Part shown: positions 50,182 through 63,231 of the stretch, piece after piece
Position numbering within the stretch: the stretch's first letter is position 1
Layout of the letters: each line of letters starts with the position of its first letter
Source: Leucoraja ocellata
Lineage: Eukaryota
DNA length: 64,000 nt
NCBI GenBank assembly: GCA_036785375.1
Contig: JAWMAR010000001.1
Coordinates: 17,608,001 to 17,672,000, forward strand
Direction of reading: 5' to 3'
Position numbers and translations under genes: made by a program
The notes under the pieces: model-generated
Seen by the model: only the letters and a program-made list of their open reading frames with translations
What the model was told of the DNA's origin: nothing
The model's database searches: none

Positions 50182-52665
50182 AAACCTAACCTGACTACTG
50201 GTTTACGGATCCTGCCTGATCGTCTAACAGTAACAGGTGTAATAGGTTTAGGTGTTGACTCAACTGTAGGCTTGTTTGGATCTGTTTTAGAACCCTGACT
50301 TTGACCAGAGGAATCAATTTCTTTGTCTGTACTAACTGAACTTTGTGTTTCAATCACAGTGGTCTCTTCCAACTCATTTTCAGATAAAAACTCAGGGATT
50401 AGGACTTCATGCTCAGTTTTTGGTTCATTGGCTGGAATTATTTGATCAACATGAACACTTTTGATCCTATCTCCAACTTCAACTAAGTATCTTTGTGTTC
50501 AACACACTTCCACTATTTTCCCAACATCCCATTTGTCTCGACTGGACTTGTTGGGAGGACTGAGAACATGAACCTGCTCATCTGGCTTGAAGTACCTCTC
50601 CTTTTTGTGGGAGTCAAAATGGCATTTTTGACAACAGTTTTTGCTCAACTCTCAAGGCCAAATTAGGTTGAACTAGACTTAGGCGTATTCTTAGCCTTCT
50701 CTTCATCAACAGTTCTGCAGGTGAGTAACCTGTTGTTGTGTGTTGCGTGGTTCTGTACTTCAGCAAGAAACTAGCCAAATGATGTTTCATGCTGAGCTTT
50801 GAACTACCCTGCAAAATCTGTTTCTTGAGAGCATCTTTGACAACTCTAACAAGACCTTTCCGCCACCCCGTTGGAGGCTGGATGGTATGGGGGAACAAGT
50901 GTGTGTTTTACACCATTCCGCAGCATTAACTCTTTGAACGTTCTGAATGAAACTGAGGCCCATTATCAGAAACAAGTTCTTCCGGTAAACCATGGCGTGC
51001 AAAAATGGATCTCAACTCATCTATGGTACACTCAGTAGTCGTGCTTGAACCCATATGCTTAACCTCAATCCATTTGGAATGACTATCTACTAGTACCAGA
51101 AAGTGATCATTACCCTTTTCACAAAAATCTAAATGAACTCTCTGAAAAGGTCTACTTGGCCATGACCAGGGTTGCAGTGGTGTTTTTGGTGGTTTACTTC
51201 GGCAATTTTGGCAGACACTACATTAGCTCACCAGTGACTCGATGTTCACTGTCAATACCAGCCCAATACACAAAACCTCTAGCAATGGACTTCATGCGTA
51301 CTATGCCAAGATGTTCGGCATGCAGTTCATTCATAATTTTGTTTCTCAAAGACTCTGGTACAACCACTCTGTAACCCCACTTAATGCATCCCTGCTCACA
51401 TGATAATTCATGGCGTTGATTATGGAAAGGCTTCAGCTCTGAGATCAGAACTGAATTCAATCCACTATCGATTTCAGTCCAACTGTTCAATGTCTGTTCA
51501 TAGACCCACTTCAGCACACTGTCTTTCTCTGTTTCTGCTGCAATTTCTGTTGCAGTCACTGGAAAGTCTTCATCTACAACTTGCAGTGTGTAAATTGAAT
51601 TCTCACTTCCCACGTCAGAGTTCTCATGGGGCAACCGGGACAACACATCTGCAACTGCATTGCACTTGGAGCTTCTGTACTCCACCTTGTAGTCATACTG
51701 GGACAGTAAAATTGCCCAGTGCTGCATCCTTGATGCCGCCATAGAAGGTATAGCTGACTTGGGATCAAGTATCAAAGTGTGATTAGTCACTAGGGTGAAT
51801 GGTCTGCCAAAATGAAACTGATAGAATTTCTTGATTCCAAACACGATGCTGAGTGCTTCCTTTTCTATCTTTGCACAATTGCGTTCACTCTGTGATAGGC
51901 TGCGGGATGCAAAAGCAATAGGCTTTTCCTGTCCGTCATTCATCACTGCACCTACACCATAACCTGAAGCATCACAAGCAAGTTTCATCTCGCGTGTCGT
52001 ATCGTAGTGAACAAGGAGTTTGTTACTTGTCAAGTTTTGCTTGCAGATGTCATATGCACATTGCTGTTCCTTTCCCCACGTCCATTTCACATCTTTTTGT
52101 AGCAGATGATGTAGTGGCTTTAGCACAGTTGCTAAATCTGGAAGGAATCGTGCATAGAACTGCACCATCCCAAGGAATGATCGTAGCTCTGACACATTGT
52201 TGGGTTTTGGAGCATTCACTATTCCTTCAAATTTTGCCTTCACAGGGCGAAGTCCGTTGGCGTCTACTTTGAGTCCATGGTAGGCCACCTCTGACTGCGC
52301 GAATGCACATTTACTTTGTCGCAGTTTGACATTGTGGCAATTCAGTCATGTGAGAAATTGCTCAAGGATTTATAGATGTTCTACCATGCCTACGTGAATA
52401 TCATTAGGTCATCCTGGTTGAACACACAGTGCGGAATGCCTTGTAACATTTGTTCATGACAGGCTGAACATTTTTCGGGGAGGATTTCACACCATTGGGC
52501 AGCTTTGTATATGAATACAAGCCCTTATGAGTGTTGATAGTCATGTACTGCTGACTTTCCTTGGCGACGTTGAGTTGGCCATAAGCGTGAGACAAATCCA
52601 GTTTAGTGAAGACTTTTGCTCCATTAAGTTCTGCATACAGATCTTGCGAGGTTGGTAACGGATAT

Positions 52666-53441
52666 AGAATGCCTTTTTTATTGTCATTAAAACAACTTGG
52701 TTTGAACAAAATTGCATTTCTACAGTTTTTACATTACAAAAAAAAACCAAGACCTACACTTAACACAGTTTACATAAACATCCATCACCTCCTTCACTGT
52801 GATGGAAGGCAGTCTTATCTCTTCCCTTTGTTCTTTTCCCACGGCCCAGCAGTCCAACTGCAGCATCGAGGCGAACTGGGGCTCCGATGTTAAGCCCTTG
52901 GCGGGCGATGGTAAGTCCTGTGGCCTTTTAAGCCACGCCGGGCAATGTTAGGCCCCGGCTCCATGTCCTTTAAAACCCGCGATTCCAGCGAGAGAAGTTG
53001 CTCAGAAAAGCGGTCTCCCACCAGGGACCTGCGAGCTCCCGATGTTCCTGTCCACCGGGCCTGTGGCTAGAGCCTCCGAAGCTCCAAAGTCGGGTCACAG
53101 CCGTGCGCCACCACAGCTCTTCCCGCTCCTAAGACGGCCAGCTCCGCGATGTAAGTTCTGCAGGCTCAGCGACTGGAGCCTTCAGGTTAGTCCCTGGCCA
53201 GAGGCCGCCGCCGGCTCCTCGATGTTAGGCTCAACGACATCGGAGACCCGACAGGGAAAAAGTCGGGTCACCGCACAGGGACGAGATTAAACGTTTTCCC
53301 CCACAGCCCCACCCCCCCACATATACACAGCTAAAAAAATAATAAAAACTAGCTCAAGACATACATTTAACAAGACAAAAACAATTTAAAAGACAGACGA
53401 TTGTAGTCGAGCCGCTGCCATTAGGCGCCGCCACACCACTA
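52666..53441 (-). mobile_element. Non-autonomous SINE-like element inserted in the Gypsy RT
   Basis: GGATAT duplicated at 52660-65 and 53442-47, splitting RT ...EQYP|LPTSQDLY...; same family as 7254-8064. Confidence 0.85.
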
Positions 53442-55864
53442 GGATATTGTTCGGCATCAACGGCTTGGTTGATTGTGACTTTGTAGTCACATAGTCGAAC
53501 AGTTTTGTCGACCTTGGGTACAGCCACAATTGGTGTTGCCCAGTTTCTCTGGTCTGTCGTCACGAGTACTCCATTCCGCTCTAACCTGTTGAGTTCTTCC
53601 TCTACTTGTTGCTTTAGTGCATATGGTACAGATCTTGGTCGACAATACACAGGTTTCACATCTTGCTTAAATCGAATGTGTGCAGAGTACCCTGTTATTC
53701 CCGTGTAACTATCAGCAAAACTGTTTGCATGTTTGCTTATGACGTTTTCAAGACATGAATTGGACAAATCGACGCTGAAAATGTGCTTCCCGTCTATCTC
53801 TATTCTACTCAGCCAATCCTTTCCAAGGAGGGTTGGTTTATTTCTGTAGCTGGCCACTATGATGGGCAGTGTTACTGACTGACCATTATGCTGAACTTTA
53901 CAGTTCATTTGTCCACGTCTCCAAAACTTCGCCCGAGTAGGTTATCAGCTTGACCTTACTCTCAAACAATGGTATCTGTGGGAACTTTGTTTCGTACAGG
54001 TCTTAGCTCATGACCGAACAATCTGCTGCCGTGTCAATACACATATCGATTAACTGTTCATTAATCAATAGTTTAGTTCGAAAGTTCTTGACTTGGCTGG
54101 TTGCAGGCTTATCGATGTTGGTTGCATAAATGGTGTGCAACCCAAGTTCATTTCCATCTCCAAGTTGTGAACTCCTTTCTGGTGTTGTCGCTTGTTTCCT
54201 GCATTGTTGGTTTCCTGTTTTAAGCTTGACCCGACATGCTGAGGCGATATGGCCTTTCTTGTGGCAGATATAGCACTTGGCCATTTTGAACTGACAAAAT
54301 TGGGATGAGTGATTACCGTTGCAACGATAACAACTGGCTCCCCGCCATACTTTGGTTTTGGTTTAGCGCCTCTTGGTTTGGCCTTGTGACTGTAAACGGC
54401 CACTGCAGTCCGTGGTGGACGAAACTCGCGAGCATTCTTTGATGCCATCTCCATTGTGGTAGCAATCTTGCATGCTTTATCGAATGTAAGATCTGGAGTT
54501 TTCATGAGTTTGGACTGAATTTGTTCATCCACATGACCACAAACAAATCTGTTGGCTTCCAAGAAAGGTTCCAAAGTTACAGTGCAAAGTTAAGTTTTTC
54601 AAGGCAACAATGTACTCATTGATCGTCTCATTCTGCTTCTGGTTTCTAGCGTCAATTTTATAGCTTTCTGCAATTTCCAGAGGCTTTGGGTTGAAGTGCT
54701 CCTCCAACTTCTTCATAATGTCATTGAATGGCACGTATTTTACCTTTATGGGCGCATTGAGATTCACGAGTGTGCCGTACACTTCAGGACCGATCTCTGT
54801 GAGCAGAATCGCTTTCATGCGTTTGCAAATGGCTGTATTTGTTTCAGTCACTATCTCTCCTTCACCACTACTCTTCATTCTGTTGTTTGCAGTGAAAAAC
54901 ATGTTTGCTCTCTCCATATAGGAGCAGAACGTTTCCGATGTAGCCCATGGATACTGCCATTGTGTCGTTCTCTTTTTTTTTAAGTCCATTCACAAACCCT
55001 GAATTCCTATCTGTTCTGGTGTAACAATTCACCTAAAACTTAGCTCTACAAAGGCAAGGAATTCGACAAATAAAAAATCTTATACAATCCCAAAGACGTC
55101 ATCTTGCCACGTAGACACAACGTAGAGATAGCCTGACAAACTCTCGACGATCTGTCCAGCTGCTGTTTTAAACTACAGTCCCCTGCATAGGATTTGCAGC
55201 CTATCGTGTCCAGCTCGCAAACAACTGCGACACAACTTCGTATTTACTGTTTAGATGTTAAACGATACTGCATGTTGCAAAACAGTCCTGCACTGTATTT
55301 AAAGGATGAGTTCACAAACTGTATGTCCCATCCTTGTCGCCAACTTTGTTATATTCCGGACGGCAGAATGAATAACAACTTACACGCAGATTGCCTGGAT
55401 CACAAGAGAGAGATTTATTACCCACCATTCCCTGCTTATATTGAACACCAACTCATTAACATATACATGAATATGTATGAATACATTACACCCAGGATTA
55501 AAGGAGACCAGAGAGTGGTGGTCGTTTCCCGGTTCATCTCAGGTAATATCTCCCACCATCTAAGGAATCTATTGGAGCCACTGCCTCAAAAAGGCAGACA
55601 ATATCATCAACCCACCCTGACCACACTCTCATTTTGCAATGGCACAGGAGCCTGAAAACTGTAACCTCCTGGTTCAATAGCTTCTTCCCAGCAACCATCA
55701 GACTCCTAAACACTACACAACACTAGCCTCAGCAACTATGATCTTCTGTGGACTGTGACTTTGGTTGCACTACAGACTTTGATTGTGCACTGTTATGATT
55801 ACCTCGTATTACAGTTAATAATTTAATGTATTATTGATTAAGCTAGAAAGAGTGCAGACACTTT

Positions 55865-56310
55865 CAAGGTCATGAGGGGCTGAGCTGTAGGGAGTTTGGG
55901 CAAGCTAGGACTATATTCCTTGGAGTGCAGGAGGCTGAATGATGATCTTATTAAGGTATATAAAATCATGAGCGGTATAGATACGGTGAATACACAGAGT
56001 CTTTTACCCAGGGTAGGAGAATCAAATACCAGAGGATATAGGTTTAAGGTGAGAGGAGAAAGATTTAATAAGAACCAGAGGGACTCCTTTTTCACTCAGA
56101 GGGTGGTAGGTTTATGGAAAGGACTGCCAGAGGTTAGAGATAAGGCAGGTAATATAACAGCATGTAAAAGACACTTAGACTTAGGAAAGATTGAGAGGGA
56201 TATTGGCCAAACACAAGCAAAGAGAACTAGCTTAGATTGGGCAGCATTGGTTGGCATGGAAAAATTGGGCTGAAGTGCCTGTTCCCGTGCTGTATGAATC
56301 TATGACTATG
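55865..56310 (+). mobile_element. CR1 3' fragment
   Basis: KLGLYSLECRRLNDDLIKVYKIM...FFTQRVVGLW; (CTATGA)n tail. Confidence 0.85.
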
Positions 56311-57132
56311 ATTATTATATATTTCCCTGTGTATTAATGCATTTATGGGCCTGTTTAGCTGCATCAAGTATTAATTTTGTTGTTCTGTTGCCAGCAGATG
56401 TGACAATTAAACACTCTTGACTCTTGCTTGATCGATAAAAAACACCAAATTAATATCCAAGTACTTCGTCAAAAGTACATTCACCAGAGCAGGCACAGCA
56501 TGATACCTGAATAACAGCATTTTAGCTGCACAGAAATCTTACAATACCGATCAAGTGAGGAATTTAAGGACAGCTGGGTATGGACAATAAATGCAAGCAT
56601 TACCACTGGCATCTGCTGAACGAAAACAGTCATCTTATATTATGTGCTGAAAGTTCTGGAATGGTGTTTGAAAACCGTGTGACTCAGGTACAGCACTGCT
56701 ACCACTGAGCCAACACTGACACCTAGAGTAAATCACTACCAATGATCATTTATGCAATTTTTGCTTCACAAAATTGTATGGTTATAATTATACAAACTTA
56801 CCAAGTTTTGTTTAAGTGTTTTTTATTCAAGAAAACTCACAAGAATACAAAAAATACTCAGCAAAATAAAGTACATTTAAATAATTCGGCTTAATCTTTG
56901 GGTACATTTCAAAATTACTTAACTACTATACAATAAAAGTCTGGACTGAGCAAGTGTGTGCATCAGAGGAAGTTGTCTAAAACATCTAATTGCATACAAT
57001 CATTATGTTCAAATTAAATTGCACAATTTATGCTAACATAATTTGAGTTTCAGATTTTATTATCAACAAGTTAATGAATTGTAAAAACTTAATAGACATT
57101 CACCAGTGAAATATTTAATAAAAGCATGGTAT

Positions 57133-60100
57133 TGAAGAGGTTCACGTGCTGTATAAACAGTTTAATATTTAAACGATACAGCTCAACAATTAGTACAAAA
57201 GGGCAAGGAGTGTGTTAACGTGTTGACTGTGAAGTGAAGTCTAGCTCCGTTGTCTGCTGCACCCTGTGAGCTGTTCACTCAGATCAACGCTGATTGGTTG
57301 GCCCAGATCACACCAGGTCCACGCGAGAGCTCGAGCTAGACGGTTCGAGACCAAAGTGGCTCGGCCACATGATGGCGCGACATGACCCCCCCCCCCCCTC
57401 CCCAGAACCGGAGTATTGGAGGCAGTTAGGCTGTCAAGTGAGATGGCCTGATTTTGTGAACTTGTCTCCTGTGTTCAGGGTTGTGGCTGGTTGAGTTGAG
57501 GGCGCGTTTGGTCGTGATGGTGGACGCCCTCTGCAGCGGGATTGTGCCACCTGCACTGGTTGGTCAATGTCCAAGTGTGCCGGCTTAAGACGGTCCACGG
57601 AGACAGTCTCGTGTCGGCTGCCCATGTCGATGTTGAAAGCCGTGGCGTCGTTTTGAAGTTCTCTGAAGGATCCCGCGTAAGGCTTTTGCAGTGGTGTATG
57701 GTGGGAATCTCGGCGAAGGAAGACATAGTGGCAGTTCTGGAGGTCGGGTGGGACGTACGTGGTTGTGAGACCGTGTCGGTACTGGAGAAAGCATGTCCAC
57801 CTTCTCACGAAGGCGCGTCAGCATGGTGGTGGGCAGTTCTTGATGTCCACTCGCCACCGGGAAGAAGTCCCCTGGGACCGTAAGCGGGGCGCCGTACACC
57901 AGCTCGGCAGAGGAAGTTGCCAGGTCCTCCTTTGGGGCAGTGCGTATGCCTAACATGACCCACGGCTATTTGTCCATCCAGTCTGGGCCTGTGAGCCGTG
58001 CCTTGAGAGATGACTTCATGTGCCAGTGAAAACGTTCCACTAGGCCGTTTGCTTGCGAATGGTAGGACATTGTGAGGTGCAGCTTAGTGCCAAGCAGCTG
58101 ACCCATTGCTGACCACGGCTCGGAGGTGAACTGTGCACCTCTGTCGGAGATGTCCACCGGCACGTCAAAGCGGGCGATCCAGTGGTCGGCAAGGGCACGT
58201 GCACAGGTCGCAGTGGAGGTATCCAAGAGCGGGCCGGCATCCGGACATCTCGTGAATCTGTCCACGATGGTGAAGAGGTGGATGACAACTCTAGATGGGG
58301 GCAGCGGTCCAACGATGTCGACGTCGATGTGGTCGAAACTCCGGTGTGTCAGGGCGAAGTCTGCAGCAGCACCTTGATGTGTCGCCGAATCTTGGAGTTT
58401 TGACAGGGCATGCACACTCTGGCCCAGTTGCCGACATGTTTGCGCAACCTGTGCCACATGAACCTGGCTGCCATCAGTGTCTTTGCAGTCCAGATGAAAG
58501 GGTGAGCTAGGCCATGAACCATGTCGAAAATCCGGCGGAGCCAGGCAGCGGGGATGATGGTTCTTGGCTGTCCCGTAGGCACGTCACAGAGGAGTGTGGT
58601 GTCAGTGGGCCTGAATCAATTCCAACAGCAGGCCTGAGATGCCGTGCGGTGGGCAAGTGTCTCTTCATCCTCTTGCTGGGCAATCGCCACGGCCGTGTAG
58701 TCGTCACTTGGGGCTAGAGCGTGGATGACATTGATGGCTGTGCGGGATAACACATCTGCAACCTGATTGCTCTTGCCTGCGATGTGCTGGACGCAAGTCG
58801 TATAATTCTGAGATGTAGGTCAGGTGGCGCTGCTGTCGGGCTGACCATGGATCGGACACTTTGCAAAGGCAAACGTGAGTGGGTGGTCGGTGAAAGCTGT
58901 GAAATCCCTGCCCTCGAGGAAGTAGCGGAAATGCCATATGGCTAGGTAGAGAGCAAGGAGCTCCCGATCAAAAGCGCCGTATTGCTGCTCAGGCGGTTTC
59001 AGGTGACGACTGAAAAAGGCAAGGGGTTGCCAGCAACCATTGATCAGTTGTTCCAGCACTCTGCCCATGGCTGTGCCAGATGTGTCGACCGTGAGAGCCG
59101 TTGGTGCGTTGGCCTGTGGATATACCTGATTCATTGCCTTTGCAGCGCCTCTTTGGCGTTGTCGAACGGGGTCGTGGCCACGTCGTCCCAAACCAGCTCT
59201 TCCAGCTTGTTGACCTAGGCCTTGAACAGCTGTTGCATGATCCTGGAGCTGCTAGCACGAAGCGGTGGTAGAAGTTGACCATGCCGATAAACTCTTGGAG
59301 TCCCTTCACAGTAGAGGGTTTGGCAAACTTGCGAATGACCTCAACCTTGGTCGGGAGCGGGATCGCTCCATGCTGGTTGATGTGGTGGCCGAGGAAGTTG
59401 ATGGAAGTGAGGTCAAACTGACACTTTGCCAGGTTGATGTCCAGGCCAGCTCTCGAGCCTCTGGCACAGCTGCCGGAGGTGTGCGCGGTGTTCCTGGCGA
59501 CAGCGGCTGGTGACGAGGATGTCGCCGAGGTAGATGAACACGAAGTCTAGCCCGCAGCCCACCGAGTCCATGAGGCATGCGCAGCAACGGGATAATCAGT
59601 GCCGTCTTGGGGATGTCGTCTGGGTGGACCGGAACCTGATGGTAGCCACGTACCAGGTCGATCTTGGAAAATACCTTGTCACCGTCCAGGTTTGCCGTGA
59701 AGCCCTGGATGTGTGGGACAGGGTACTGGTCTGCAGTTGTGACCTCGTTGAGACGGCTGTAGTCCCCACAGGGACTCCAACTCCCAGACGCTTTGGGGAC
59801 CATGTGAAGCAGGGATGCCCACGGGCTATCTATGCCCATTTCCTCCTTCAGCAGAACTCGTCGTTGGCCAGTTGGAGCTTGCCCTGGGGGGGGGGGGGGG
59901 GAGCCTGCGTGTGCATGCATGGAGTGGCAGTCCGGTGGTGGGGATATGGTGCTTCACCCTATGCTTGGGGCTGGCCGTTGAGAACTGAGGAGTTATGATG
60001 TCAGGGAAATCGGCCAACATCCTGGCATACTCGTTGTCGGAGAAGGTCACCGAGCCAAGGTGGGGCGTAATCAATTCGGCATGGCGCAAGGCGATCGACT

Positions 60101-61299
60101 GGAACGTCGCAGAATTAACAAGAAGTTGTTCTTTCACGTCGACCAGCAGGGAGTGCGCCTGGAGGAAGTCGGTGCCCAGCAGCGGTTGTGAGACGTCAGC
60201 GATGGTAAACGTCCACTTGAAGCGACAGGAGTTGAAGTTGAGCGGGATCGTGTGGACACCGTATGTTCAGATGTTGTTGCTGTTGGCGGTGGTCAGGGGA
60301 GGCTCCTGCTTTCCGGAACGAGTGTCGGTGCCCAAAGGAGGCAAAACATTGACCTCCACTCCCGTTTCAACAAGAAAATGCCACCCCAAATAATGATCCC
60401 AGGTGTAGAGGAGGCAATGTTTTTGGCCGGCCACAGTTGCCACTACTGACGAGTGGCTGAGGCATTTCTCGTGTGCATGCTGGATGGTCGGCATCGGCGG
60501 ACCTCGGAGCCCCACCTTTGGTGGTAGTAGCACCTTGCTGGCGCCGTTCGTGGCCGACGTCACTACTGCTGCTTCCGTGGAGGCTGGGACCACCCGTATG
60601 ACTTTGCCGAGGCACAGCCACCACCCGATTGATGGTGGCTCCGCTGTGCTGTTTGGCCTGCCACAGCACGTCCACACGGGCTGCCAGCCGTCAGGGGTCG
60701 GTGAAATCGTCTTCCGCGAGGTGCAGGCGAAAGTCCGCAGGCATCTGCTCGAGGAAGATCTGTTCAAAAAGGAGGCAGGTCTTGTGTCCATCCATCAGTG
60801 CGAGCATTTCGTTCATGAGCACGGACGGTTTGCGGTTGCCTAGGCCATCCCTGTGCCGTCCTGTCGCGGCGGCAGAGACCGAATGTGTGCTTGAGGAGCA
60901 TCTTGATCCCTTCGTACTTGTTGTCGGCTGTTGACTGGCAAAGGTAATCGATGAGGCACCCAGCGGTTCATGGTCCAACGCACTGACCACATAGTTGTAA
61001 TGGTGATGTCAGCAGTTATCTGGCGGATGTGGAATTGGGCTTCAGCTTGTTCAAACCACACTAGGGACCAGAAGGTGGGCAGTTTGAGTGAAACTGCATT
61101 CTGCTGATCTTGGTTGTCTCCTCCAGGCATGATGAAATCCAAAATAGGCCGTTTTGGATCATCGTGGTCACCACTGAAGAGGTTCACTGTTGTATAAACA
61201 CTCAGTTTAATATTTAAACGATACAGCTCAACAATTAGTACAAAAGGGCAAGGTGTGTGTTAACGTGTTGAGTATGAAGTGATGACTAGCTCCGTCGTC
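57133..61299 (-). mobile_element. Ty3/Gypsy element, CsRN1-like, disrupted; 5' LTR truncated
   Basis: 3' LTR 57133-57382 with poly-G PPT; 5' LTR part 61175-~61299; PBS resembling tRNA-Trp (TGGTGACC.CGA); Gag SLKLPTFW..WFEQAEAQF and CYYH-X9-C motif; protease FLVETG, RT FSKIDLVRGYHQVP, RNase H RELLALY, integrase HIDVDIVGPLP...SDRGAQFTS...NGLVERFH. Confidence 0.9.
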
Positions 61300-61472
61300 C
61301 AAATAGATCGAAAATAATGATTGATAAACATACACATAAAGAATGAAAGGATAGTCAAAGTAAGGTTTGGCCCATCTGGCAAAGATAGAGGCAGAACAGA
61401 GATAACAAAATAAATCGTGATCCAATCGAGAAAATGCTGCCAATCTAGCAGTAAATAAGGTAGTAATGCAGG

Positions 61473-62962
61473 CCTAGATCACACCAGGTCCACGCGAGAG
61501 CTCGAGCTCGACGGTTCGAGACCAAAGTGGCTCGGCCACATGATCCCCCCCCAGAACCGGAGTATTGGAGGCTGTCAAGTGAGATGGCCTGATCTTGTGA
61601 ACGTGTCTCCTGTGTTCAGGGTTGTGGCTGGTTGAGTTCAGGGCGCGTTTGGTTGTGATGGTGGACGTCCTCTGCAGCGGGATTGTGCCACCTGCACTGG
61701 TTGGTCAATGTCCAAGTGTGCCGGCTTAAGATGGTCCACGGAGACAGTCTCGTGTCGGCCTCCCATGTCGATGTTGAAAGCCGTGGCGTCGTTTTGAAGT
61801 TCTCTGAAGGATCCCTCGTAAGGCTTTTGCAGTGGTGTATGGTGGGAATCTCGGCGAAAGAAGACGTAGTGGCAGTCCTGGAGGTCGGGTGGGACGTACG
61901 TGGTTGTGAGACCGTGTCGGTACTGGAGAAAGCATGTCCACCTTCTCACGAAGGCGCATCAGCATGGTGGTGGGCGGTTCTTGATGTCCACTCGTCACCG
62001 GGAAGAAGTCCCCTGGGACTGTAAGTGGGGCGCCGTACACCAGCTCGGCCGAGGAAGTTGCCAGGTCCTCCTTTGGGGTAGTGTGTATGCCTAACATGAC
62101 CCACGGTAATTTGTCCACGGCTATATTCTGGGCCTGTGAGCCGTGCCTTGAGAGATGACTTCATGTGCCAGTGAAAACGTTCCACTAGGCCGTTTGCTTG
62201 CGGATGGTAGGACATTGTGAGGTGCAGCTTAGTGCCAAGCAGCTGACCCATTGCTGACCACGGCTCGGAGGTGAACTGTGCACCTCTGTCGGAGATGGCC
62301 ACCGGCACGTCAAAGCGGGCGATACAGTGGTCGGCGAGGGCACGTGCACAGGTCGCAGTGGAGGTATCCGAGAGCGGGCCGGCATCCGGACATCTCGTGA
62401 ATCTGTCCATGATGGTGAAGAGGTGGATGACAACTCTGGATGTGGGCAGCGGTCCAACGATGTCGACGTCGATGTGGTCGAAACGCCGGTGTGTCAGGGC
62501 AAAGTCTGCAGCGGCGCCTTGATGTGTCGCCGAATCTTGAAGTTTTGTCAGGGCATGCACACTCTGGCCCAGTTGCCGACTACATTCTGCTGATCTTGGT
62601 TGTCTCCTCCAGGCATGATGAAATCCAAAATAGGCCGTTTTGGATCATCGGGGTCACCACTGAAGTGGTTCACTGTTGTATAAACACTCAGTTTAATATT
62701 TAAACAATACAGCTCAACAATGAGTACAAAAGGGCAAGGTGTGTGTTAACGTGTTGAGTATGAAGGGAAGACTAGCTCCATCGTCCAAATAGATCGAAAA
62801 TAATGATTGATAAGCATACACATCAACAATGAAAGGATAGTCAAAGTAAGGTTTGGCTCATCTGGCAAAGATAGAGGCAGAACAGAGATAACAAAATAAA
62901 TCTTGATCCAATCAAGAAAATGCTGCCAATCTAGCAGTAAATAAGGAGGTAGTAATGCAGGC
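61473..62962 (-). repeat. Tandem duplicate of ~57303-61472 with a ~2.7-kb internal deletion
   Basis: Repeats the LTR part, integrase, gag start, PBS, partial LTR and ~170 bp of flank (61300-61472 matches 62787-62962). Confidence 0.85.
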
Positions 62963-63231
62963 ACAATAGAATACATGCAAGTAGACAAGTTCTTACCAAA
63001 ACAAAGCCAACTTTCTTGCTAAAGACCTATTATTGCCTGAATGGCCTGTGCCATCTGTGGTCCAATAATGCATAATTGAATTTCATGGCAGTGATATTGG
63101 AAACAACATTGTGTTCAGACACTTCCGTGCGCTATGACTCACACGTACAAGGACCTGGAAGCAAAGTTATAAAGTACAGAGATTCAAAACTTCTTTTTAT
63201 CTAGTCAGTCTTGCCCATATCTGTTTTTATT

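Larger units (their letters stand above)
49638..55490 (-). mobile_element. Ty3/Gypsy LTR retrotransposon (Mag-like), full-length but disrupted
   Basis: LTRs 49638-49793 and 55347-55490; 5-bp TSD CCCAG; PBS TGGCGACAAGGATGGGA resembling tRNA-Ser(GCU); PPT AAAAAAGGAGAGCAG; Gag CYICHKKGHIASAC, protease IDTAA, RT KLDLSHAY, RNase H LACDASGYGVGA, integrase remnants. Confidence 0.93.
49000..56428 (+). mobile_element. Rex1/Babar fragment split by the Gypsy (49638-55490) and a CR1 (~55865-56310)
   Basis: LLNFYRCTVESIFTGCITVWY before 49638; resumes after 55495 (SFFPATIRLLN); tail GACAATTAAACACTCTTGACTCTTG. Confidence 0.7.
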
